64,000 nt of DNA from contig BLSG01000089.1 of the NCBI GenBank assembly GCA_012862495.1, positions 69,560 to 133,559 on the forward strand. Direction: 5' to 3'. Positions within the stretch are counted from its first letter, which is position 1; each line of letters begins with the position of its first letter. Shown piece after piece: positions 1-12,718 of this stretch. The DNA is from Thraustochytrium aureum. Its lineage: Eukaryota. The notes under the pieces are model-generated. The model saw only the letters and a list, made by a program, of their open reading frames with translations, was not told where the DNA came from and made no database searches. The position numbers and the translations under genes were made by a program.

Positions 1-406
1 CGCAGGCTGCAGGTCGGCCTCGCCTGCGGCTCTGGCTTGTGCTGCGGCTGCTTGCGCGTGTGAAAGTCAACTTGGATGGCCTCCCTCTCTCTCTCTCCGT
101 CGCGTTTTCACACTCTCACCCGCCCTCCTGCTGCTACGTGAGTACTTGGTGTGCACTTGCAAGCTGCAATGCGCGAGCGCGTGGCGCGCCGCTGTTCTCG
201 ATGAACCCTCCCAGCTGGCGCGGCCATTGCCCCGCGGGCGCGTCAGCGGCAGGGCTGCGGTGACGCGCGACGGGCTGGACGGACTTCAGAGAGCGGCTGG
301 GTTCAATTGAAATCAAGTTGGCGATGGATTTGGATCGTTCGGGCGGCTGCGGTTGAGTTTCGGTGTGGAGTTTGCAGGGGATGCGCGCTGGCGGGCTCGT
401 CGCGCG

Positions 407-1138
407 CTAGAAGGTTCTGGAGAGGAGCTCGAGCTCTCCGTTGCCGTAGATGAGGCAGAGGCGCACGGTGAAGCCGCTGAACTGCCCTTTGCCCAAGGCG
501 TCGAAGAAGTCGCGCACAGAAAAGCTGCTTCTCACCTTCCACAGCTCGTAGCAGCCCGAGCTCATCTCGCACAGGGTCCTCTTGAAGGAAAGTGTCTGGG
601 GTTCCCTGGGCCTCAGGACGTCGTCGAAGAAGTTGTTGAACCGCCGCGGGTCATAGTAGTTTTGGCTCAGCATGTACGAGTTGATCCTGTTGGACAGTTT
701 CGAGCTGGACCCGCTCAGGACGTCGATGTGAAGAACGATGTCGCTGTCGTCTTTGTTTGCTCTATCCCGAACCGGTCGATTTGTCTTGACAACCACGGGC
801 TTGCCTTCGACTCGCATCAACGAAAAGGTATGCATGAGAATGTTCAAGTCGTCGGCGCTGTCCTCGAGATCCTCGGCGTTGTTGTCCCCCTCGCCTTTGC
901 CGCTATCCGTATCTGCGCCGTCGTCCCCAGGCTCCTCCTTGATACCGCTCTCGGCGTCTTTCACGGGCTCCTTCTTGATAGGATGGGCGCCTGCGTCGTC
1001 GGGGTCCGTCTTGACACCATTGGCGCGGACGCTAGCGCTAGCGACGTCCTTCTTTGCAGCCTTGCCGTTGGTGTCTCTGGGCTCGGTCATTGCAGCCTTG
1101 TCGAGTTCGCTCGAGTCGCTGGTCTGCTTCTTGCTCAT
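407..1138 (-). CDS. Hypothetical protein (243 aa) with acidic low-complexity N-terminus and globular C-terminal half
   Basis: ATG-to-stop ORF with protein-like composition and GC3-rich codons; no family motif recognised. Confidence 0.6.
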   Translation of the reverse strand: MSKKQTSDSSELDKAAMTEPRDTNGKAAKKDVASASVRANGVKTDPDDAGAHPIKKEPVKDAESGIKEEPGDDGADTDSGKGEGDNNAEDLEDSADDLNILMHTFSLMRVEGKPVVVKTNRPVRDRANKDDSDIVLHIDVLSGSSSKLSNRINSYMLSQNYYDPRRFNNFFDDVLRPREPQTLSFKRTLCEMSSGCYELWKVRSSFSVRDFFDALGKGQFSGFTVRLCLIYGNGELELLSRTF

Positions 1139-1959
1139 CCTTGTGCTCCCAACGGTCTCTGCTCGCAGTTGGCTTGTCCGAGAAAGGATCTGGGTCTATC
1201 GGGTCTGCTGTCGCACTTTTCAATCAAACGACGACGATCTCGCTCATCAGGCTGCCGCGACACCCCCGGTACCCGACCGGAATCCGTCTGTGATTAAAAA
1301 AGTACAGAGGTGCAATACTCGTTTTCGACGCAGATCTGAATCTGCCAGTGGTGGGAGAGTAAGTACGCTACACTACTTGCTCGGCTGCTGCACAAGTCTT
1401 GAGTTTCTGTTACATCTGGAGGGCGATGTCGAGCCTTGCCCAACTCCCCCTTGCGCCCACGCCGCGCGTTGGTGCGCGTTGTGAGACCAGGGCAACGCGG
1501 CGTCGGCTCAGAAACCACTCGGACTGAAGTTATTTTTGCTCTCGCTGCCGAAACGGGTGAGCAGGTACAACCCTGCCCCCGACAAGAGCATTGCAGAATC
1601 AAAATTCTCGCACGTCCTCTGGTTTCCCTCGGAAAAGAAGAGACCGCCGCAAATTTGCCCAGGCCAGACTGACCAAAGTCGTGGCCAAGTTGCTCTGAAT
1701 GTCTGGCGTCGCAAGCCCGCCCAAGCAGTGCCGCTCGGCTGATCGTCAACCGCCCTCGCGGAGCTTCCAACAGCAGAGCAACAGCACCTTTTGCGGCAAC
1801 CAACTCTCGGCTTTTCTGCTTTTTAGTTGCCCAGGCTAGCTAAAAAACAAACAAATTGAAAAAGCAGTTTCTGGACAACAACTCGACGCACGACAACAAC
1901 GCCGTGACGAGCAGAAACAACAACACGAGCCACAACGTGATTGAGAATCCATCATCGTC

Positions 1960-1973
1960 AAAGAGAACAACAA

Positions 1974-2004
<31 letters not shown>

Positions 2005-2121
2005 CAACAGCAACAGCAACAACATCAAACAACAGCAGAAACAACAACAACAACAACAACAGCACCAACAACAACAACATCATCATCATCATCATCAAGC
2101 AACAACAACAACAACAACAAC
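1960..2121. repeat. Compound (CAA)n/(CAT)n/(CAG)n microsatellite running into an assembly gap
   Basis: Directly visible trinucleotide runs. Confidence 0.95.
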
Positions 2122-2565
2122 NNNNNNNNNNNNNNNNNNNNNNNNNNNNNNNNNNNNNNNNNNNNNNNNNNNNNNNNNNNNNNNNNNNNNNNNNNNNNNN
2201 NNNNNNNNNNNNNNNNNNNNNNNNNNNNNNNNNNNNNNNNNNNNNNNNNNNNNNNNNNNNNNNNNNNNNNNNNNNNNNNNNNNNNNNNNNNNNNNNNNNN
2301 NNNNNNNNNNNNNNNNNNNNNNNNNNNNNNNNNNNNNNNNNNNNNNNNNNNNNNNNNNNNNNNNNNNNNNNNNNNNNNNNNNNNNNNNNNNNNNNNNNNN
2401 NNNNNNNNNNNNNNNNNNNNNNNNNNNNNNNNNNNNNNNNNNNNNNNNNNNNNNNNNNNCGAGCAGGCGCACCGGGCGCGCGCGAGGCGTTGCGTGGAGT
2501 TGCAGCTCGGGCGCTTGGGCGGCTGGCGGATTGGGAATCTGCGATTGGGGCCCTGCGGAACCGCG

Positions 2566-3809
2566 ATGGCGATGCTTGTCGCGATTGCTGGGAAGGGGAC
2601 GGCGAGGGCGACGCCGAGCGTTGTGGAGCTGGATGAGAAGGTCGATACGGTGATCGGCAGGGGGTACCCTGTTGGGGAGGCTGGGGAGGAGGCTGATAAG
2701 GGCACGGTGGTGGTCGGGATTCAGTGCAAGCGCTGGCGCAAGGTGTCGAGGCGCCATGCGAGGATCACTCACATGCGCGGAACCTGGCGCGTGGCGGACA
2801 TCAAGTCGAACAACGGCGTGGTAAGTTTTGCGGCTCGCTATCGTTGCGTGTCGCTGAGGGTTGTGCCCGCTAACCTCGACGCCGCCGCCGCCGCCGCCAC
2901 CGGCACAGTTCGTCAACATGACCAAGCTTGCGCAGGGGCGTACATACGTCCTCCAAAACGGCGACCGCGTCGACCTGGGCGACCCGGTTACTGACAGCTC
3001 CTCCGCCACCTTTGTCTTCATCACGCAAGGCCCAAGGCGCAGGAGCCGACCACCTTCCCGCTCATCGACAACGATGCCGCGCTCGACTTGGTCGCTGTGC
3101 GCATAGCCAAGCTTGTGGAGAGCCACTGCAAGCTCCACCTAGGCGCCTTTGCAGACGTACTCCTTGACCGGCTCAAGGCTCTCGGCGGCGCCCCGACAAC
3201 CACGCCACAATCCGCGCGCAAGGCGTCTCGCGCGCAGCAGAGGTTTCATCGGCTCAGCGCGCGCCGCGAGAGTCGACCTGCAACCGAGCGGCTCGCAGAG
3301 GACTCGCCCAGCGACACAGACCAAGTCCTTGTTCTCGACGGGGCGGACCAGAACGACCACGCGAGCAGCTCCTCGAGCTCGTCCGAATCGGTTTCCGTCT
3401 CCAGTTCGGGCTGGGAGACGGCCGAGGCCGCGCTTCGCAATCACCACGACGGGGTTGATGGCGACAGGAAGACACCCTCGAAGCTCGAGGGTGACGCAGC
3501 GAGCATGACAGACGTCTCCCCTGACCCCTCGCAATCCGATGTTGCCACCAGCGCTCTGTTCATCGAACAACCCAACGGCCCTTGCCGTGCGCCAGACGCC
3601 GAGCCTCTGCAGTCGCCGTCGACCCCAGCAAGCAACGCGCTGGCGCAACTCGCGGCAACGTGTCACGACAGCAAAGGCGGGCCCGACGACACCGCGGAAA
3701 CCAGTGCCCAGCAAGCAGGTGGCCATGGAAGAGGACGGCGGCGGCGACAACAACGATGCAAAGGCAGGGCGCAGTGATCAGCCTCGCGACGACATGCTCG
3801 CGACGGAAC
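2566..3809 (+). CDS. FHA-domain protein, 3' partial; intron 2821-2908; apparent 1-nt frameshifts near 3030 and 3700
   Basis: Spliced translation gives FHA motifs IGR...VSRRHARI...WRVADIKSNNGV|FVN...LQNGDRVDLG; intron GTAAGT...GCTAAC...CAG. Confidence 0.8.
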
Positions 3810-4793
3810 NNNNNNNNNNNNNNNNNNNNNNNNNNNNNNNNNNNNNNNNNNNNNNNNNNNNNNNNNNNNNNNNNNNNNNNNNNNNNNNNNNNNNNNNNNN
3901 NNNNNNNNNNNNNNNNNNNNNNNNNNNNNNNNNNNNNNNNNNNNNNNNNNNNNNNNNNNNNNNNNNNNNNNNNNNNNNNNNNNNNNNNNNNNNNNNNNNN
4001 NNNNNNNNNNNNNNNNNNNNNNNNNNNNNNNNNNNNNNNNNNNNNNNNNNNNNNNNNNNNNNNNNNNNNNNNNNNNNNNNNNNNNNNNNNNNNNNNNNNN
4101 NNNNNNNNNNNNNNNNNNNNNNNNNNNNNNNNNNNNNNNNNNNNNNNNNNNNNNNNNNNNNNNNNNNNNNNNNNNNNNNNNNNNNNNNNNNNNNNNNNNN
4201 NNNNNNNNNNNNNNNNNNNNNNNNNNNNNNNNNNNNNNNNNNNNNNNNNNNNNNNNNNNNNNNNNNNNNNNNNNNNNNNNNNNNNNNNNNNNNNNNNNNN
4301 NNNNNNNNNNNNNNNNNNNNNNNNNNNNNNNNNNNNNNNNNNNNNNNNNNNNNNNNNNNNNNNNNNNNNNNNNNNNNNNNNNNNNNNNNNNNNNNNNNNN
4401 NNNNNNNNNNNNNNNNNNNNNNNNNNNNNNNNNNNNNNNNNNNNNNNNNNNNNNNNNNNNNNNNNNNNNNNNNNNNNNNNNNNNNNNNNNNNNNNNNNNN
4501 NNNNNNNNNNNNNNNNNNNNNNNNNNNNNNNNNNNNNNNNNNNNNNNNNNNNNNNNNNNNNNNNNNNNNNNNNNNNNNNNNNNNNNNNNNNNNNNNNNNN
4601 NNNNNNNNNNNNNNNNNNNNNNNNNNNNNNNNNNNNNNNNNATTGTGGCCGCCTGCGCGGTCGCAAGGCGGGCCTTGCGGCTAGTTGGAGGCTGGGCTTG
4701 GAGGATGGAGTACGGGGATGGGCGCAGTGTGCCACGGTCGCAACTCGTCGGGCTGTATGGGTCGCAGGACGGGACGCTCGTGAACGAAAAGGG

Positions 4794-7335
4794 ATGGGGG
4801 TCGCTGAGCTGAACGAGGCAGCGCTGGACGTCGTTGATGAGTACCTCGGCCCCGTTGTTGCGGCCGTGGCGGAGACGTTGGTGCGGTTCGGGGAGCTCGA
4901 CCTCCGCAAGATTGAGATGTACGCCAAACGGCTCGCCGGGACGGCGGAGACGCTCGACCCCGAGACCGAGCTAGGTCGCCCGCGCCGGGCGTTTAAAGAG
5001 CTCAACCGAGACAATATCAAGGGCGCGCTCGTCAACATGGTCCGCCACAATGTCGTCAAAATGGAGACGCGAGAGATTGCCAGCGCCACTGCAACCGCCC
5101 GCGCAGGAAAGCTCCGACCCCAAAAGGCCACCTACAAGTTTTGCGCCCAGCGCGCCCTCATGCTCCTCCGCCACCCGCTGATCTGCAGCGTTGTCGAAAA
5201 GCGCCTCGGCGCACTCGCTGCCGTGATCGTCGAAGAAGTCCTCATCTCTGGCGCAGACTCCAAGAAAGGCATTCTCGACTCGGTCGCGGTGCGCGTCGGT
5301 GGAGGCCGAGACGCTGTGGCACTCGCTGCAGTCGAGGCCCTCCTCGAAAAGAAGGGCGGGCTGCCAGACGACTGGAACACTGACCACCCGGACGAGGCCA
5401 GCCTAGAAGAGATCCTCCAGCGGCCTGAGGCTGTCGCCGCTCGTGAGCTCGCCAAGAGCGAACTCGACAGGCTGATCACGCGACGTGTCATAGTGCCCCA
5501 GAAAAAGTTCTCGGTTCGCACCGAAGAAGAGGAGCGCGAGCTGGAAGAGACCGCGCGCGACAAGAAGCGTGCGACTGGCGACCCAGCTCGGCGCCCCGCA
5601 GCGGCCGCTGCAAAGCCTGCCCGCAAACGCAAGCAGCCAGATTCTTCCGNNNNNNNNNNNNNNNNNNNNNNNNNNNNNNNNNNNNNNNNNNNNNNNNNNN
5701 NNNNNNNNNNNNNNNNNNNNNNNNNNNNNNNNNNNNNNNNNNNNNNNNNNNNNNNNNNNNNNNNNNNNNNNNNNNNNNNNNNNNNNNNNNNNNNNNNNNN
5801 NNNNNNNNNNNNNNNNNNNNNNNNNNNNNNNNNNNNNNNNNNNNNNNNNNNNNNNNNNNNNNNNNNNNNNNNNNNNNNNNNNNNNNNNNNNNNNNNNNNN
5901 NNNNNNNNNNNNNNNNNNNNNNNNNNNNNNNNNNNNNNNNNNNNNNNNNNNNNNNNNNNNNNNNNNNNNNNNNNNNNNNNNNNNNNNNNNNNNNNNNNNN
6001 NNNNNNNNNNNNNNNNNNNNNNNNNNNNNNNNNNNNNNNNNNNNNNNNNNNNNNNNNNNNNNNNNNNNNNNNNNNNNNNNNNNNNNNNNNNNNNNNNNNN
6101 NNNNNNNNNNNNNNNNNNNNNNNNNNNNNNNNNNNNNNNNNNNNNNNNNNNNNNNNNNNNNNNNNNNNNNNNNNNNNNNNNNNNNNNNNNNNNNNNNNNN
6201 NNNNNNNNNNNNNNNNNNNNNNNNNNNNNNNNNNNNNNNNNNNNNNNNNNNNNNNNNNNNNNNNNNNNNNNNNNNNNNNNNNNNNNNNNNNNNNNNNNNN
6301 NNNNNNNNNNNNNNNNNNNNNNNNNNNNNNNNNNNNNNNNNNNNNNNNNNNNNNNNNNNNNNNNNNNNNNNNNNNNNCACTCTGGTTCCGCTTCAACATC
6401 AACACTTTTTGCAGTGCTTCCGCGCCGACCTGATCGCTGCGCACTTTGAGGGGCGAGCCGAAGATCCAGCTTATGGCAAGATCCTCTCTGTTGTTATGGA
6501 GGCCACGATCAACGTCAGCGTGGGCAAGAGCGAAGACGACCGCGACGAGTTTGATCTCCCACCAGACACCCTCGTCGCTGTTTGCGCGGATACCATATAC
6601 GAGGAGCTCAAGGAGACGACCGAGCTGCAGGGCCTCATCGGTCATGTTCCCGACCGAGCCGAGGCCGTTGTGCGCCTCAATATCGCACTCAAGAGCCTTG
6701 GCGACTGCTCGAACGGGGTCGTTCACGTTGACGACGTTGGCACCGGCGACCCGGCCAGCGTCTCCATCGACCTTGACGGCGCTGTGCGAGAGCTTAAACG
6801 CCGATGCATGCTCAAACAAATCTCAAGCGAGTACGGCCTCGAGGGCCTCCGCATCGCCAACCTGTTGCTGGCCAAGAAGGCCTTAGAGGAGGCGCAGGTC
6901 GGCGAGCTCGCCCTCCTCGCGCCGCACAAGGCGCGTCACGTTTTGCAAGCCATGCTCAAGGACGGCTACCTGTTCCTTGAGGAGGCCTGCAAGCGGCCGG
7001 ACATGAACCCTGCGTACACCTACTTTGTCTGGCGGGCCTTGGACACGCACATGGAGCAGGTCGTTGCAGCCAACGCGCTCAAGGCGCTTCTCAACTTGCG
7101 TATCCGCAAGCGCGTCGAGCACGCGGAGGGCGCCCGCCTCGACGAGGTCGCTTACCAGGTCGAGCGCTTCAAGAACGGTGTGATTGACGTCGCGGACCTG
7201 AGGAAGGTCCAAGGGTTTGAGGAGTACACGCGGATCCGGTTCAACGTCGACAATCTTGAAAAGATCCTCGTGGATCTAGACAAGACCGTCCTGCTGCTCT
7301 CCGCCCTCAGCGAGATGCGCGTAAGCAACGCTTAG
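4794..7335 (+). CDS. POLR3C: DNA-directed RNA polymerase III subunit RPC3 (C82/C62); middle lies in gap 5650-6377
   Basis: N-terminal winged-helix pattern (YLGPVVAAVAETLVRFG...IKGALVNMVRHNVV...LLRHP) and C-terminal YGLEGLRIANLLL...LEEAQVGELALL...KRPDMNPAYTYFVW, resembling RPC3. Confidence 0.85.
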
Positions 7336-7605
7336 AAACTCAGCATGCTTTTTCCTATTTTTGGCAAGTTTAAAATTTTTGGCAAGTCGAGCCTGCCGCC
7401 AACTCTGGTCTTGTCTAGGGTTGGAGTGACAAGGCCTTCACCCCTCCTCTCACCGGTCTGGGTAGGCGGGGCAGTACGTCTCCCTTTGCGAAGCATCCCT
7501 TTTTCACCCACCAAGAACAGAACAAATGAGCGAAAGTAGAAAGATTGTTTCCTTCAGCGACCAAGTTGGAATCGCTAGAGCACAGCAGTGACGCGGCCAG
7601 GATTC

Positions 7606-8601
7606 TCACTGAAGCGCCGTCTGTTTGCTGCACGAGTGACCATAAAAGCCGACGTTGCAAACGCAAAGGCCAGATTCCTGATCGCAATACCCACGCCCAG
7701 CGCAAACCTTGCTCTCCTTCGTACCAGGCGTAGTAGCAGTGCACTCTGCTGAGGTTACCGTTCCAGTTACTTCGTATGAAGGCTGGTGCCCTTGCCCCGA
7801 GTGCGCAGTGTGCTCTATGACCATTTTCACTTGCTCGCCCGAGTTCTCAGCTGCAGTGAAAGTGACGGTGAACGTCAAGTCTGTACCTGCAGCAGCAATG
7901 GTAACACTTGTAGCTACCTCGGGGAAAGCGTTGTTAGGAATTGCTTGGATTGCCTCCTGGAGCTCTGTTGCTGTGACAGCGGTGATGGAGAGCGGCCGGG
8001 TGCGATGAACCTGCCCGGTCCAGTCTGTGAGTTTGACAACAAATTTGCCAGCCATAGTAGTGCCTCCCACTACGCATTCTTGAATTTCGTCAACTTGCTG
8101 CGAGTTCAGAGCCACGATTTTGCTCAACGGGTCGTCGCCCTTGGGGCACATGCGATTCTCGCACCCAGGGCCTTCGTAGCCCGGGTCGCACTTGCACACC
8201 ATCATCTGGTCGGCGTCCCAGTTCGTGTCTTCATAGTTTGAGTTCCAAGACTTGAGAGTCTGGCATTGGCCGCGACCACTGCAGTCATTCTTGCACTTGG
8301 TGCGCTGGCAAGCGTGGCCGGTGAAACCGTCGTAGCACTCGCACTCGCCAGAGCCGCGGTTGCAAACGCCTTGGTCACTGCACTCCGAGTATGGGTGCAC
8401 GGCAGTCCCGATGACGCCAGATGACTGACCGTACGGGCAAACGCGCATCGAGCAGTCCTCAGCGCCAGGGTGGTCCCACGTGTGGAAGCAAGTGCACTTG
8501 TCCCAGGCCCCACAGGTGCCGTGGCCGTTGCAGTTCTTGTTGCAGGCCGCGTGCGTGATGGCCACGCCTGAGGCAACAATGAAGAGTCCAAGGAAGCGCA
8601 T
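7606..8601 (-). CDS. Secreted EGF/tenascin-like tubular mastigoneme protein (Sig1/Ocm1 family)
   Basis: Signal peptide; CNGHGTC...DCSMRVCP...ECSDQGVCNR...GECECYDGFTGHACQR...WDAD...CKCDPGYEGPGC...CPKGDDPL, plus a terminal EGF repeat: the stramenopile mastigoneme layout. Confidence 0.85.
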   Translation of the reverse strand: MRFLGLFIVASGVAITHAACNKNCNGHGTCGAWDKCTCFHTWDHPGAEDCSMRVCPYGQSSGVIGTAVHPYSECSDQGVCNRGSGECECYDGFTGHACQRTKCKNDCSGRGQCQTLKSWNSNYEDTNWDADQMMVCKCDPGYEGPGCENRMCPKGDDPLSKIVALNSQQVDEIQECVVGGTTMAGKFVVKLTDWTGQVHRTRPLSITAVTATELQEAIQAIPNNAFPEVATSVTIAAAGTDLTFTVTFTAAENSGEQVKMVIEHTAHSGQGHQPSYEVTGTVTSAECTATTPGTKESKVCAGRGYCDQESGLCVCNVGFYGHSCSKQTALQ

Positions 8602-10030
8602 TTTCGCGTTTGATGTTGGCCTGCGCGGAGACTCGTCGCCTTTGCGCTACAGGTTTGGCCTTGTTGTGCTGCAAGCTCACGTGCGCTCCTCTGCATGCGT
8701 GTTAGCATAAATTGTTTCCCCATGAACCCACCAAACAGAAGCAAGCAATCCAGCGCCCGCTCCAAGCACTGCCCACCCCCGCCAGCGCTCGGTACCGCCG
8801 GGCTCGCCCAACCCGCGCGCTGGTTGTCGCCCTGAGCCAATCCTTGGCACCGTTCCCCTCGGCGCGGTGTCCTTCTCGGCGGCGCACCGCAACGCCCCCA
8901 TCCGGACAGCCTTCGCGCGGCTGAGCTGTTCTTACCTGTTGTCAAACCTCCTTCCGTGACTGCCTTGGCTTTACTGCTCTGCTGCTGCTACTGCTGCTGC
9001 TGTTGCTGCTGCTTAACTGCCCCGGTGGAGTTGCTGCTTGGCCAAGCGAGTCTACAAGCCGCTGTGCGCCGCCAGAAAACGGTTAGATGCATTGCGCCAA
9101 GGTGCTGCTCGGAATGACCCCGATGTACCTTATTGAGCGGCGTCCAAAGGGGTTGTCAGCTTGCAGTGAATGGCAGCGCATGTGCGTTGGAGGGGGCGGC
9201 GCTGTTGCCGGTTGTTAGAGCCGCTTACCAGCGTTGGATGCGTTGGGGGCCAACGGTAGCATTGCCCGTTTCTGATGTGTCCCACCTCGGAGTCCAAACG
9301 GCACATGGGACGAGGTTAGGTGTCCCGCTACAGCAGGTCGCGACTGTTGAGGCAACCGACGGCAAATGTACCTTAAATTGAATGCCACACCGCCCGCCCG
9401 CTGCAGAATCCGCTAGTGCGGCGCTATGGGGTTTGGTAGGGTCTGCCGTTTCCGCCGCTGCGTGTGGAAAAGGTCGGTTACCTTGCAGCCGCCTAAGGAC
9501 AAGTGCAGCTGTCTTAGCGCGCTAGTGCCTGCGCAAATGCCGGTGAGCTTACTCTTGGTCTTGTTCCAGACGTTTGATTCAGAATAGAAGAGCACCAGTG
9601 GTGCATTGTTCACTAGGTCCGGTGCCAAACGCGTCTTCAAGGCGGCCAGGTGACGCACGGCTCGGCGCGAAGGAAGGGTGAGAAGGCTCATCCACGCCTG
9701 CTGCGAAATTACCGTTACCAGAATGAGATTTGCCACTTTTGCATTTGAGTAAGCTCGGCGGCAACCCTTGCAAGCTTCTGCTGTCCCCCAGATGCTCTTG
9801 CTTGCACCAATAGGTCTCTCTAGCTAGAGAGATTTGAACGTTTCTCTTGTTGGGGCCAGTCGCGAGACGCACTCGTTTTCCTTCCAGACAATGCCTCGAA
9901 GTCGACTGCTCACTTCCATCCCAAACGACAGCAGAAAGAAAAAGCCCTTCGATTCTGGATCATCCACTCTGGTTCACTAATAGGGCATTGCCATCGAGGC
10001 CGGCTCTGGCATCGAGACCGTCGCATCGCC

Positions 10031-10100
10031 TTTTGAGGTCGCACCTCCCGTCTTTTAGCGTCGCGTAGAGTAACAACCCACCCAAATGGAGCACATCAAA
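10031..10100. repeat. Dispersed repeat A, copy 1 (inverted copy at 27670-27737)
   Basis: TTTTGAGGTCGCACCTCC...TAGCGTCGCGTAGAGTAACAACCCA.CCAAATGGA..ACATCAAA matches the reverse complement of 27670-27737. Confidence 0.9.
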
Positions 10101-10829
10101 GGGGAGTTGACCAGCCACACGCTTCGCTTTCGTTTTGACAAGTGCGACGGGGAGAGACGGACCCAAACTTGCTTGCTTCGAGTCTTTTTGTGGCGTTCAT
10201 GTCTCGGAAAAGGCAAGCCATCCGGCCGCGTCTCGGCGAGGGCAAGCCCTGTGGCCCTGTGGCCGCAGCTGATGAGAGGCCAACAGACGACTGAGGTTGC
10301 GGCGCGTCCGCTTGGTCAATCTTTTCGCTCCTTTCCAGTCAACCCAAGCCGATCGGACCCTCCTTGCCCGAGCAAACCAAAATTCACCCAGCGCCACCAC
10401 GTCATGACCTGTAGGCGTTCCAATCACCCTGCTCGGCCTTTCAGTCGTAAGCGAGGCCCACCTTGTCCGCGCGAGTCGCGCTGGGAATACCTGCCTCGGC
10501 ACGGAGCATGGCGAAAGAAAGCCCATCATGACGATCGATTCCATGCTGAACCTCACTCCGCGCCTGCCATGTGCTGCACAACGATGCAACAGAGTACGAG
10601 TGCCCAGCCGATGTTGGCTCGCAAGCTCGAGCTCGAGCTCGTCGAGCGTGTTGAGTACTCCGAGCTAGCTCTAGCTCAAGCGAGAGAACGGTNNNNNNNN
10701 NNNNNNNNNNNNNNNNNNNNNNNNNNNNNNNNNNNNNNNNNNNNNNNNNNNNNNNNNNNNNNNNNNNNNNNNNNNNNNNNNNNNNNNNNNNNNNNNNNNN
10801 NNNNNNNNNNNNNNNNNNNNNNNNNNNNN

Positions 10830-12718
10830 TCCTGGGGACTCGCGACGGTGGCCGACTGTTCGCCGGCGCGGCAGCAGCGCTGCTGTGCGTCGCGCATGCG
10901 AGGTACAAGAGCCCGTGCGCGCTGTTCGTGAAGAGGGTGTTCATGTCGGAGCACTTTTGCGACAGGGAGATCTTGCTCCAGCTCTGCGACCCCGATTATC
11001 AGACCAAGCTCGCAGAACACAACTGGCCCGAACTCGAGACGCTCGGCCCGAGCTTTGCCTGCATCGCCGAAAGCATGCTCAAGGGCATGACACTTGAGGA
11101 AGCGATCTATAGAGAACGGCTCGACCCGCGTGTGGAGGAGCTGTTGATTGCTCGGCCGCAGGCGGTCGTAGCGGCAATGCGCGAGATCGCCGAGAGCTAC
11201 CTGAGGCGCAACCTGGACAAGACCAAGAAGCAAAAAAAGAAGAAGAACAAGAAGAAGGCAGCAGCGAGCGGCAAAGTCCTCAACCCCCCAAACGGCGAGA
11301 AACAACCCGCTGACCCCAACGTCGTGCCAGACCTGGTGCTGGTCGGATCCCAGGGCAAGCACTACAAGCCGGTGAAGTTCCTTGCCAAAGGGTCTGCAGG
11401 GGCGGTATATAGCGCAGTGCGCGTCAACGCGCCTGGCGAAAAACTCAAGGCGATTGTCTCAGTGTCAGCCAGGAAGGCTTTTGGCGGTGCTGTGGACAAG
11501 GCTCTTCAGGTCGCAAACCAGGCCACCAATGAGCCAAATCGGTTTGCTGCAGCCGTCACGTCTCAGCTGCAGCGGCAACTGGCGCTCAAGCGCATCAACC
11601 CGACGCAGCGCACGAGCGCGGAGAACGAGTTCCGCATCGCTACGCTCCTTGCGGCGACGGACAAAAACTCCCGCTGCGTGGCTTACCTGGACTATGCCAA
11701 CGAGTCCGAAGAGCACTTGTGGCTTGTTCTGCGTCGCATCAACGCTTCTCCGTACGGAATTGACCTGAGCGAGTACATCACGTGCCAGTTTTTCGAAGCC
11801 AACACACACGAAGCGCATGGATACGCCCAGTCGATCGTGCTGCAGTTTTTGGACGGCGTCGACCACATCTCGAGCCTTGGGGTTTGCATGCGCGACGTCA
11901 AGCCCGACAACCTGCTTGTCGAGCAGCATGTCGACATTCACGGGAAGGAAGAGTACGCGGCTCGGTGGAGCGATTTTGGGCTGTCGGTGGACCTTGGCGT
12001 CAACCTTGACGCGGCTGGAGTGCGCAGCCCAGCGGCGTTGCTGCGGACCCAGGGCTCTGAGGAGATCTCGGACGCTTCCCTCACCGAGTCTCTTGTCGGT
12101 TTCTGGTACGACACGCAAAAGTTGGTGCCCAAGCCGCGCTGGCGGCACCGGCGCCCTCCTGAGCGGTGCTTTCGTACGTTTACTGCTTTCGCTTGCGGCC
12201 TGCTGTGTTGCGTCTTGCATTTCTGACCGTTGCTTGCGATGCGGGCTCGCAGAAAACCCGCTGAAGGTCCATGCCTCGAGCTACGACCTTTACATGGTCG
12301 GAATTATGATCGTGTCGATGGTAAGTGTTCATCTCGCTCGCTTGCGCGAACCTCGCGTGATCCGATCCTGGCTGGGGCAGGGACTAACGGTGCCGCTTGT
12401 TTTGTGGGCCTCGTTCTTCAGGCCACCGGGATCGACATTCCTCACATCGACAAACCAGCGGTGAAGGCGGCTTTTGAGGAAAAGCTCAACTACCGCTTCT
12501 CCGACGACTACCTCGAGACGTTCGAGCTGGGCACGTTCCTCAACGGGCACTCCGCGGAGCTCTATCTCTGTTTCCAGACCACGTTTGGCGACAAGTTCGC
12601 AGCCTCCTTACTTCGCGAGACGGCCATGATGCTTTCGAGCGACCCGCGTGAGCGGCCGCGGCCGCACGAGTGCTTCGCTCGCCTCGAGCTCGTCGCCAAC
12701 CCTGGTATTCTTAAGTGA
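10830..12718 (+). CDS. Divergent Ser/Thr protein kinase, 5' end in gap; introns 12174-12252 and 12321-12421
   Basis: LAKGSAGAVY (Gly loop), LALKRI, MRDVKPDNLL, SDFG, RRPPE, DLYMVG, DPRERP; introns GTACGT..CAG and GTAAGT..ACTAAC..CAG restore the frame. Confidence 0.85.

Noticed and set aside
1856..2121. Poly-S/Q/H/T ORF
   Set aside because: It is the translation of a microsatellite next to a gap, with no ATG or other support.
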